A DNA stretch of 64,000 nucleotides from Eledone cirrhosa. Lineage: Eukaryota. The notes beneath the pieces are model-generated. The model did not search any database. It was not told where the DNA came from and saw only the letters and a list, made by a program, of their open reading frames with translations. Where the stretch lies: assembly GCA_964016885.1 (NCBI GenBank), contig OZ024742.1, positions 162,688,001 through 162,752,000 of the forward strand, in the 5' to 3' direction. Both the position numbers and the translations under genes were made by a program. Shown piece after piece: positions 54,201 through 64,000 of the stretch. The first letter of the stretch is position 1. Each line of letters opens with the position of its first letter.

Positions 54201-54900
54201 AAATTATCTCCCCCTGATTTTTTTTTACAAATTATGTACGCCTAATTTTTTTTACAAATTATCTCCCCCTGATTTTTTTTTACAAATTATCTCCCCCTGA
54301 TTTTTTTTACAAATTATCTCCCCCTGATTTTTTTTTACAAATTATTTCCCCCTGATTTTTTTACAAATTATCTCCCCCCTGATTTTTTTTACAATCTCCG
54401 CCTGATATTTTTAAAAATTATCTTCCCTTGGCTGGCGGGAAATTATCTCCCCTTGGACGGCTGGAAATTATATCCCCTTGGAAGGAGGGAAATTATCTCC
54501 CCTTGGACGGCTGGAAATTATCTCCCCTTGGACGGCTGGAAATTATCTCCCCTTGGACAGCTGGAAATTATCTGCCCTTGATTTTGTTTTTACAAATTAT
54601 CTCCCCCTGATTTTTTTTACAAATTATCTCCAACTGATTTTTTAAAAAATTATCTCCCCTTGGACGGCTGGAAATTATCTCCCCTTGATTTTTTTACAAA
54701 TTATCTCCCCCTGATTTTTTTTACAAATTATCTCCCCCTGATTTTTTTTTACAAATTATCTCCCCCTGATTTTTTTACAAATTATCTCCCCCTGATTTTT
54801 TTTACAAATTATCTCCGCCTGATTTTTTTAAATATTATCTTCCCTTGGCTGGCGGGAAATTATCTCCCCTTGGACGGCTGAAAATTATCTCCCCTTGGAC
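36400..54900. repeat. More diverged higher-order duplication with about 11.0-11.5 kb offset (about 36400-43600 versus about 47900-54900)
   Basis: ORF offsets: 36461/47956 (11495), 36858/48381 (11523), 37983/49109 (11126), 38638/49766 (11128), 39902/50929 and 39976/51003 (11027), 41970/53316 and 42382/53728 (11346), 43138/54428 (11290). Shared rare variants include AAATCTAATGA, GGACTGCTGG and GGACGACT. Confidence 0.8.
37295..38085. repeat. 395-bp direct tandem duplication
   Basis: CTGCAAATTATCTCCCCTTGATTTTTTTAACATATT at 37301 and 37696; TTGGCTGGCGGG at 37588 and 37983; both offsets are 395. Confidence 0.85.
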
Positions 54901-57900
54901 GGCTGGAAATTATCTCCCCTTGATTTTTTTTACAAATTATCTCCCCCTGATTTTTTTTTACAAATTATCTCCCCCTGATTTTTTTTTACAAATTATCTCC
55001 CCCTGATTTTTTTTTACAAATTATCTGCCCCTGATTTTTTTTACAAATTATCTCCCCCTGATTTTTTTACAAATTATCTCCCCTTGGCTGGCTGGAAATT
55101 ATCTCCACTTGGAGGCTGGAATTTATCTCCCCTTGGACGGCTAGAAATTACCTCTCCTTGGACGGCTGGAAATTATTTCTCCTTGGACGCCTGGATATTA
55201 TCTACACTTGGACGGGTGGAAATTATCTCCCCTTGGACGGCTGGAAATTATCTCCCCTTGGACGGCTAGATATTACCTCCCCTTGGACGGCTGGAAATTA
55301 TCTCCCCATGATTTTTTTTACAAATTATCTCCCCCTGATTTTTTTTTTACAAATTATCTCCCCCTGATTTTTTTACAAATTATCTCCCCCTGATTTTTTT
55401 TACAAATTATCTCCGCCTGATTTTTTTAAATATTATCTTCCCTTGGCTGGCGGGAAATTATCTCCCCTTGGACGGCTGAAAATTATCTCCCCTTGGACGG
55501 CTGGAAATTATCTCCCCTTGATTTTTTTTACAAATTATCTCCCCCTGATTATTTTTTACAAATTATCTTTCCCTGATTTTTTTTTACAAATTATCTCCCC
55601 CTGATTTTTTTTACAAATTATCTCCCCCTGATATTTTTACAAATTATCTCCCCTTGGCTGGCTGGAAATTATCTCCCCTTGGAGGCTGGAATTTATCTCC
55701 CCTTGGACGGCTGGAAATTATCTCTCCTTGGACGGCTAGTAATTACCTCTCCTTGGACGGCTGGAAAATATGTCTCGTTGGAGGGCTGGAAATTATCTCC
55801 CCTTGGACGGCTGGAAATTATCTCCCCTTGGACGGCTGGAAATTATCTCTCCTTGGACGGCTAGAAATTACCTCTCCTTGGACGGCTGAAAATTATCTCT
55901 CCTTGGACGGCTGGAAATTATCTCCCCTTGGACGGCTAGATATTACCTCCCCTTGGACGGCTGGAAATTATCTCCCCTTGATTTTTTTTACAAATTATCT
56001 CCCCCTGATTTTTTTTACAAATTATCTCCGCCTAATTTTTTTAAATATTATCTTCCCTTGGCTGGCGGGAAATTATCTCCCCTTGGACGGCTGAAAATTA
56101 TCTCCCCTTGGACGGCTGGAAATTATCTCCCCTTGATTTTTTTTACAAATTATCTCCCCCTGATTTTTTTTTACAAATTATCTCCCCCTGATTTTTTTTT
56201 ACAAATTATCTCCCCCTGATTTTTTTTACAAATTATCTCCCCCTGATATTTTTTACAAATTATCTCCCCCTGATTTTTTTAGAAATTATCTCCCCTTGGC
56301 TGGCTGGAAATTATCTCCCCTTGGAGGCTGGAATTTATCTCCACTTGGACGGCTAGAAATTACCTCGCCTTGGACGGCTGGAAAATATGTCTCCTTGGAC
56401 GGCTGGAAATTATCTCCCCTTGGACGGCTGGAAATTATCTCCCCTTGGACGGCTGGAAATTATCTCCCCTTGGACGGCTAGATATTACCTCCCCTTGGAC
56501 GGCTGGAAATTATCTCCCCTTGATTTTTTTTACAATTTATCTCCCCCTGATTTTTTTTTACAAATTATCTCCGCCTGATTTTTTTTTAAAAATTATCTCC
56601 CCTTGAACGGCTGGAAATTATCTCCCCTTGGACGGCTGGAAATTATCTCCCCTTGGACGGCTAGAAATTACCTCTCCTTGGACGGCTGAAAATTATCTCC
56701 CCTTGGACGGCTGCAAATTATCTCCCCTTGATTTTTTAACAAATTATCTCCCCCTGATTTTTTTTAACAAATTATCTCCCCCTGATTTTTTTTTACAAAT
56801 TATCTACGCCTAATTTTTTTTACAAATTATCTCCCCCTGATTTTTTTTTACAAATTATCTCCCCCTGATTTTTTTTACAAATTATCTCCCCCTGATTTTT
56901 TTTTACAAATTATTTCCCCCTGATTTTTTTACAAATTATCTCCCCCCTGATTTTTTTTACAATCTCCGCCTGATTTTTTTAAAAATTATCTTCCCTTGGC
57001 TGGCGGGAAATTATCTCCCCTTGGACGGCTGGAAATTATATCCCCTTGGAAGGATGGAAATTATCTCCCCTTGGACGGCTGGAAATTATCTCCCCTTGGA
57101 CGGCTGGAAATTATCTCCCCTTGGACAGCTGGAAATTATCTGCCCTTGATTTTGTTTTTACAAATTATCTCCCCCTGATTTTTTTTACAAATTATCTCCA
57201 CCTGATTTTTAAAAAAATTATCTCCCCTTGGACGGCTGGAAATTATCTCCCCTTGATTTTTTTACAAATTATCTCCCCCTGATTTTTTTTACAAATTATC
57301 TCCCCCTGATTTTTTTTTACAAATTATCTCCCCCTGATTTTTTTACAAATTATCTCCCCCTGATTTTTTTTACAAATTATCTCCGCCTGATTTTTTTAAA
57401 TATTATCTTCCCTTGGCTGGCGGGAAATTATCTCCCCTTGGACGGCTGAAAATTATCTCCCCTTGGACGGCTGGAAATTATCTCCCCTTGATTTTTTTTA
57501 CAAATTATCTCCCCCTGATTTTTTTTTACAAATTATCTCCCCCTGATTTTTTTTTACAAATTATCTCCCCCTGATTTTTTTTTACAAATTATCTGCGCCT
57601 GATTTTTTTTACAAATTATCTCCCCCTGATTTTTTTACAAATTATCTCCCCTTGGCTGGCTGGAAATTATCTCCCCTTGGAGGCTGGAATTTATCTCCCC
57701 TTGGACGGCTAGAAATTACCTCTCCTTGGACGGCTGGAAAATATTTCTCCTTGGACGGCTGGATATTATCTACACTTGGACGGGTGGAAATTATCTCCCC
57801 TTGGACGGCTGGAAATTATCTCCCCTTGGACGGCTAGAAATTACCTCTCATTGGACGGCTGAAAATTATCTCCCCTTGGACGGCTGGAAATTATCTCCCC

Positions 57901-60900
57901 TTGATTTTTTTTACAAATTATCTCCCCCTGATTTTTTTTTACAAATTATCTCCCCCTGATTTTTTTTTTACAAATTATCTCCGCCTGATTTTTTTTTAAA
58001 ATTATCTCTCCTTGGACGGCTAGATATTATCTCCCCTTTCATTTTTTTACAAATTATCTCCCCCTGATTTTTTTTTACAAATTATCTCCCCCTGATTTTT
58101 TTTTACAAATTATCTACCCCTAATTTTTTTTTACAAATTATCTCCCCCTGATTTTTTTTTACAAATTATCTCCCCCTGATTTTTTTTTTACAAATTATCT
58201 CCCCCTGATTTTTTTACAAATTATCTCCGCCTGATTTTTTTAAATATTATCTTCTCTTGGCTGGCGGGAAATTAACTCCCCTTGGACGGCTGAAAATTAT
58301 CTCCCCTTGGACGGCTGGAAATTATCTCCCCTTGATTTTTTTTACAAATTATCTCCCCCTGATTTTTTTTTACAAATTATCTCCCCCTGATTTTTTTTTA
58401 CAGATTATCTCCCCCTGATTTTTTTTTACAAATTATCTCCCCCTGAATTTTTTTACAAATTATCTCCCCCTGATTTTTTTACAAATTATCTCCCCTTGGC
58501 TGGCTGGAAATTATCTCCCCTTGGAGGCTGGAATTTATCTCCCCTTGGACGGCTAGAAATTACCTCTCCTTGGACGGCTGGAAAATATGTCCTTGGACGG
58601 CTGGATATTATCTACCCTTGGACGGCTGGAAATTATCTCCCCTTGGACGGCTGGAAATTATCTCCCCTTGGACGGCTAGATATTACCTCCCCTTGGACGG
58701 CTGGAAATTATCTCCCCTTGATTTTTTTTACAAATTATCTCCCCCTGATTTTTTTTTACAAATTATCTACCCCTGATTTTTTTTTACAAATTATCTCCCC
58801 CTGATTTTTTTTTACAAATTATCTCTCCCTGATTTTTTTTTACAAATTATCGCCCCCTGATTTTTTTTTACCAATTATCTACCCCTGATTTTTTTTTACA
58901 AATTATCTCCCCCTGATTTTTTTTACAAATTATCTCCCCCTGATTTTTTTTACAAATTATCTCCCCCTGATTTTTTTACAAATTATCTCCCCCCGATTTT
59001 TTTTACAAATTATATCCGCCTAATTTTTTTAAATATTATCTTCCCTTGGCTGGCGGGAAATTATCTCCCCTTGGACGGCTGAAAATTATCTCCCCTTGGA
59101 CGGCTGGAAATTATCTCCCCTTGATTTTTTTACAAATTATCTCCCCCTGACTATTTTTTACAAATTATCTCCCCCTGATTTTTTTTTACAAATTATCTCC
59201 CTCTGATTTTTTTTACAAATTATCTCCCCTTGGCTGGCTGGAAATTATCTCCCCTTGGAGGCTGGAATTTATCTCCCCTTGGACGGTTAGAAATTACCTC
59301 TCCTTGGACTGCTGGAAAATATGTCTCCTTGGACGGCTGGAAATTATCTCCCCTTGGACGGCTGGAAATTATCTCCCCTTGGACGGCTGGAAATTATCTC
59401 TCCTCGGACGACTAGAAATTACCTCTCCTTGGACAGCTGAAAATTATCTCCCCTTGGACGGCTGGAAATTATCTCCCCTTGATTTTTTTTACAAATTATC
59501 TCCCCCTGATTTTTTTTTACAAATTATCTCCCCCTGATTTTTTTTTACAAATTATCTCCCCCTGATTTTTTTTACAAATTATCTCCCCCTGATATTTTTT
59601 ACAAATTATCTCCCCCTGATTTTTTTACAAATTATCTCCCCTTGGCTGGCTGGAAATTATCTCCCCTTGGAGGCTGGAATTTATCTCCCCTTGGACGGCT
59701 AGAAATTACCTCGCCTTGGACGGCTGGAAAATATGTCTCCTTGGACGGCTGGAAATTATCTCCCCTTGGACGGCTGGAAATTATCTCCCCTTGGACGGCT
59801 GGAAATTATCTCCCCTTGGACGGCTAGATATTACCTCCCCTTGGACGGCTGGAAATTATCTCCCCTTGATTTTTTTTACAATTTATCTCCCCCTGATTTT
59901 TTTTTACAAATTATCTCCGCCTGATTTTTTTTTAAAAATTATCTCCCCTTGAACGGCTGGAAATTATCTCCCCTTGGACGTCTGGAAATTATCTCCCCTT
60001 GGACGGCTAGAAATTACCTCTCCTTGGACGGCTGAAAATTATCTCCCCTTGGACGGCTGCAAATTATCTCCCCTTGATTTTTTAACAAATTATCTCCCCC
60101 TGATTTTTTTTTACAAATTATCTCCCCCTGATTTTTTTTTACAAATTATGTACGCCTAATTTTTTTTACAAATTATCTCCCCCTGATTTTTTTTTACAAA
60201 TTATCTCCCCCTGATTTTTTTTACAAATTATCTCCCCCTGATTTTTTTTTACAAATTATTTCCCCCTGATTTTTTTACAAATTATCTCCCCCCTGATTTT
60301 TTTTACAATCTCCGCCTGATATTTTTAAAAATTATCTTCCCTTGGCTGGCGGGAAATTATCTCCCCTTGGACGGCTGGAAATTATATCCCCTTGGAAGGA
60401 GGGAAATTATCTCCCCTTGGACGGCTGGAAATTATCTCCCCTTGGACGGCTGGAAATTATCTCCCCTTGATTTTTTTACAAATTATCTCCCCCTGATTTT
60501 TTTTACAAATTATCTCCCCCTGATTTTTTTTTACAAATTATCTCCCCCTGATTTTTTTACAAATTATCTCCCCCTGATTTTTTTTACAAATTATCTCCGC
60601 CTGATTTTTTTAAATATTATCTTCCCTTGGCTGGCGGGAAATTATCTCCCCTTGGACGGCTGAAAATTATCTCCCCTTGGACGGCTGGAAATTATCTCCC
60701 CTTGATTTTTTTTACAAATTATCTCCCCCTGATTTTTTTTTACAAATTATCTCCCCCTGATTTTTTTTTACAAATTATCTCCCCCTGATTTTTTTTTACA
60801 AATTATCTGCCCCTGATTTTTTTTACAAATTATCTCCCCCTGATTTTTTTACAAATTATCTCCCCTTGGCTGGCTGGAAATTATCTCCACTTGGAGGCTG

Positions 60901-63580
60901 GAATTTATCTCCCCTTGGACGGCTAGAAATTACCTCTCCTTGGACGGCTGGAAATTATTTCTCCTTGGACGCCTGGATATTATCTACACTTGGACGGGTG
61001 GAAATTATCTCCCCTTGGACGGCTGGAAATTATCTCCCCTTGGACGGCTAGATATTACCTCCCCTTGGACGGCTGGAAATTATCTCCCCATGATTTTTTT
61101 TACAAATTATCTCCCCCTGATTTTTTTTTTACAAATTATCTCCCCCTGATTTTTTTACAAATTATCTCCCCCTGATTTTTTTTACAAATTATCTCCGCCT
61201 GATTTTTTTAAATATTATCTTCCCTTGGCTGGCGGGAAATTATCTCCCCTTGGACGGCTGAAAATTATCTCCCCTTGGACGGCTGGAAATTATCTCCCCT
61301 TGATTTTTTTTACAAATTATCTCCCCCTGATTATTTTTTACAAATTATCTTTCCCTGATTTTTTTTTACAAATTATCTCCCCCTGATTTTTTTTACAAAT
61401 TATCTCCCCCTGATATTTTTACAAATTATCTCCCCTTGGCTGGCTGGAAATTATCTCCCCTTGGAGGCTGGAATTTATCTCCCCTTGGACGGCTGGAAAT
61501 TATCTCTCCTTGGACGGCTAGTAATTACCTCTCCTTGGACGGCTGGAAAATATGTCTCGTTGGAGGGCTGGAAATTATCTCCCCTTGGACGGCTGGAAAT
61601 TATCTCCCCTTGGACGGCTGGAAATTATCTCTCCTTGGACGGCTAGAAATTACCTCTCCTTGGACGGCTGAAAATTATCTCTCCTTGGACGGCTGGAAAT
61701 TATCTCCCCTTGGACGGCTAGATATTACCTCCCCTTGGACGGCTGGAAATTATCTCCCCTTGATTTTTTTTACAAATTATCTCCCCCTGATTTTTTTTAC
61801 AAATTATCTCCGCCTAATTTTTTTAAATATTATCTTCCCTTGGCTGGCGGGAAATTATCTCCCCTTGGACGGCTGAAAATTATCTCCCCTTGGACGGCTG
61901 GAAATTATCTCCCCTTGATTTTTTTTACAAATTATCTCCCCCTGATTTTTTTTTACAAATTATCTCCCCCTGATTTTTTTTTACAAATTATCTCCCCCTG
62001 ATTTTTTTTACAAATTATCTCCCCCTGATATTTTTTACAAATTATCTCCCCCTGATTTTTTTAGAAATTATCTCCCCTTGGCTGGCTGGAAATTATCTCC
62101 CCTTGGAGGCTGGAATTTATCTCCACTTGGACGGCTAGAAATTACCTCGCCTTGGACGGCTGGAAAATATGTCTCCTTGGACGGCTGGAAATTATCTCCC
62201 CTTGGACGGCTGGAAATTATCTCCCCTTGGACGGCTGGAAATTATCTCCCCTTGGACGGCTAGATATTACCTCCCCTTGGACGGCTGGAAATTATCTCCC
62301 CTTGATTTTTTTTACAATTTATCTCCCCCTGATTTTTTTTTACAAATTATCTCCGCCTGATTTTTTTTTAAAAATTATCTCCCCTTGAACGGCTGGAAAT
62401 TATCTCCCCTTGGACGGCTGGAAATTATCTCCCCTTGGACGGCTAGAAATTACCTCTCCTTGGACGGCTGAAAATTATCTCCCCTTGGACGGCTGCAAAT
62501 TATCTCCCCTTGATTTTTTAACAAATTATCTCCCCCTGATTTTTTTTTACAAATTATCTCCCCCTGATTTTTTTTTACAAATTATCTACGCCTAATTTTT
62601 TTTACAAATTATCTCCCCCTGATTTTTTTTTACAAATTATCTCCCCCTGATTTTTTTTACAAATTATCTCCCCCTGATTTTTTTTTACAAATTATTTCCC
62701 CCTGATTTTTTTACAAATTATCTCCCCCCTGATTTTTTTTACAATCTCCGCCTGATTTTTTTAAAAATTATCTTCCCTTGGCTGGCGGGAAATTATCTCC
62801 CCTTGGACGGCTGGAAATTATATCCCCTTGGAAGGATGGAAATTATCTCCCCTTGGACGGCTGGAAATTATCTCCCCTTGGACGGCTGGAAATTATCTCC
62901 CCTTGGACAGCTGGAAATTATCTGCCCTTGATTTTGTTTTTACAAATTATCTCCCCCTGATTTTTTTTACAAATTATCTCCACCTGATTTTTAAAAAAAT
63001 TATCTCCCCTTGGACGGCTGGAAATTATCTCCCCTTGATTTTTTTACAAATTATCTCCCCCTGATTTTTTTTACAAATTATCTCCCCCTGATTTTTTTTT
63101 ACAAATTATCTCCCCCTGATTTTTTTACAAATTATCTCCCCCTGATTTTTTTTACAAATTATCTCCGCCTGATTTTTTTAAATATTATCTTCCCTTGGCT
63201 GGCGGGAAATTATCTCCCCTTGGACGGCTGAAAATTATCTCCCCTTGGACGGCTGGAAATTATCTCCCCTTGATTTTTTTTACAAATTATCTCCCCCTGA
63301 TTTTTTTTTACAAATTATCTCCCCCTGATTTTTTTTTACAAATTATCTCCCCCTGATTTTTTTTTACAAATTATCTGCGCCTGATTTTTTTTACAAATTA
63401 TCTCCCCCTGATTTTTTTACAAATTATCTCCCCTTGGCTGGCTGGAAATTATCTCCCCTTGGAGGCTGGAATTTATCTCCCCTTGGACGGCTAGAAATTA
63501 CCTCTCCTTGGACGGCTGGAAAATATTTCTCCTTGGACGGCTGGATATTATCTACACTTGGACGGGTGGAAATTATCTCC
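51880..63580. repeat. Near-identical tandem duplication, 5914-bp unit; the second copy is 5782 bp because of a 132-bp (5-monomer) deletion near 60450
   Basis: CTCTCATTGG at 51931/57845 and ORFs 52582/58496, 53316/59230, 53728/59642, 54060/59974 are offset by 5914; ORFs 55084/60866, 55654/61436, 56296/62078, 56996/62778, 57652/63434 by 5782. Private variants (TACAGATT, TACCAATT, GGACGTCTGG, ATTATGTACG, TTAGAAATT) are shared. Confidence 0.93.
53640..57830. repeat. 2568-bp-offset repeat nested in the 5.9-kb unit (also seen at 60866/63434)
   Basis: ORFs 53728/56296, 54060/56628, 54428/56996, 54660/57228 and 55084/57652 are all offset by 2568; shared TACAATTTATC and ATTATTTCCCC variants. Confidence 0.88.
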
Positions 63581-64000
63581 CCTTGGACGGCTGGAAATTA
63601 TCTCCCCTTGGACGGCTAGATATTACCTCCCCTTGGACGGCTGGAAATTATCTCCCCATGATTTTTTTTACAAATTATCTCCCCCTGATTTTTTTTTTAC
63701 AAATTATCTCCCCCTGATTTTTTTACAAATTATCTCCCCCTGATTTTTTTTACAAATTATCTCCGCCTGATTTTTTTAAATATTATCTTCCCTTGGCTGG
63801 CGGGAAATTATCTCCCCTTGGACGGCTGAAAATTATCTCCCCTTGGACGGCTGGAAATTATCTCCCCTTGATTTTTTTTACAAATTATCTCCCCCTGATT
63901 ATTTTTTACAAATTATCTTTCCCTGATTTTTTTTTACAAATTATCTCCCCCTGATTTTTTTAAAAAATTATCTCCCCCTGATTTTTTTACAAATTATCTC

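Larger units (their letters stand above)
11882..64000. repeat. Composite satellite of about 2,000 monomers: type A AAATTATCTCCCCTTGGACGGCTGG (25 bp) and type B AAATTATCTCCCCCTGA(T7-10)AC (26-29 bp), in alternating runs, all head-to-tail in one orientation
   Basis: Read directly: the core AAATTATCTCCCCYTG recurs every 23-29 bp throughout, followed by one of two tails. I saw no unique sequence, inversion or insertion in the 52 kb. Confidence 0.97.

Noticed and set aside
12092-63743. Many + strand ORFs with KLSPLGRLEIISPWTAGNYLPLDGW-type repeats, including 191-aa ORFs at 39976 and 51003, superficially LRR-like or repeat-protein-like
   Set aside because: The 25-bp A monomer has no stop in any + frame, so overlapping frames give the same peptide. 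Most starts are TTG, common variants create TAG/TGA stops, and monomer lengths do not preserve frame. The minus strand has a TAA in nearly every monomer, which explains the strand bias.
11882-64000. CRISPR-like or other repeat-spacer array (constant core plus variable tail)
   Set aside because: The would-be spacers are only 9-13 bp and fall into two recurring classes rather than being unique. There is no leader, cas gene, reverse transcriptase or recombinase in the window.
11882-64000. G-quadruplex or i-motif array from C4-5/G4-5 tracts
   Set aside because: The tracts are separated by about 21-24 nt, well beyond canonical loop lengths. The GG doublets in A tails would give only weak two-tetrad structures.
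11882-64000. Terminators or structured ncRNA (TCC-CCTT-GGA mini-hairpin followed by T tracts; Pol III units)
   Set aside because: The stem is only 3 bp, no Pol III A/B boxes or tRNA/5S/snRNA similarity are recognisable, and there is no transcription evidence.
1-64000. NF-kB/Rel-like sites (GGAATTTT, GGAAATTATCTCC)
   Set aside because: They do not match the full GGGRNWYYCC consensus; half-site similarity is expected by chance in this composition.
1-64000. Transposable element, LTR, terminal inverted repeat or inversion
   Set aside because: I found no non-satellite sequence, target-site duplication or reverse-orientation monomer on reading through the window.

Overview
This window contains no recognisable genes. 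It is eukaryotic satellite DNA: two tandem-repeat arrays separated by a 200-N scaffold gap (11682-11881). The left array (1-11681) is an AT-rich 9-bp satellite, consensus GGAATTTTA alternating with TGAATTTTA, with almost no C on the + strand and sub-repeats of about 0.7-0.9 kb and 2729 bp. The right array (11882-64000) is a composite satellite of two monomers that share a 16-bp core, AAATTATCTCCCCYTG. Type A is 25 bp with a GC-rich tail GACGGCTGG. Type B is 26-29 bp with a tail A-T7-10-AC. The monomers occur in alternating A and B runs with stereotyped junction variants, about five recurring A-run cassettes, and nested higher-order duplications (249, 395, 663, 2568, ~3080, 5914/5782, ~6060-6140, ~10180 and ~11000-11500 bp). 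All listed ORFs are by-products of repeat periodicity. The most interesting signal is the ordered two-monomer architecture with a 10-11.5 kb macro-period, compatible with an actively evolving (peri)centromeric or subtelomeric satellite. Function and organism cannot be determined from sequence alone, and duplication boundaries were estimated by eye from marker variants and ORF offsets.
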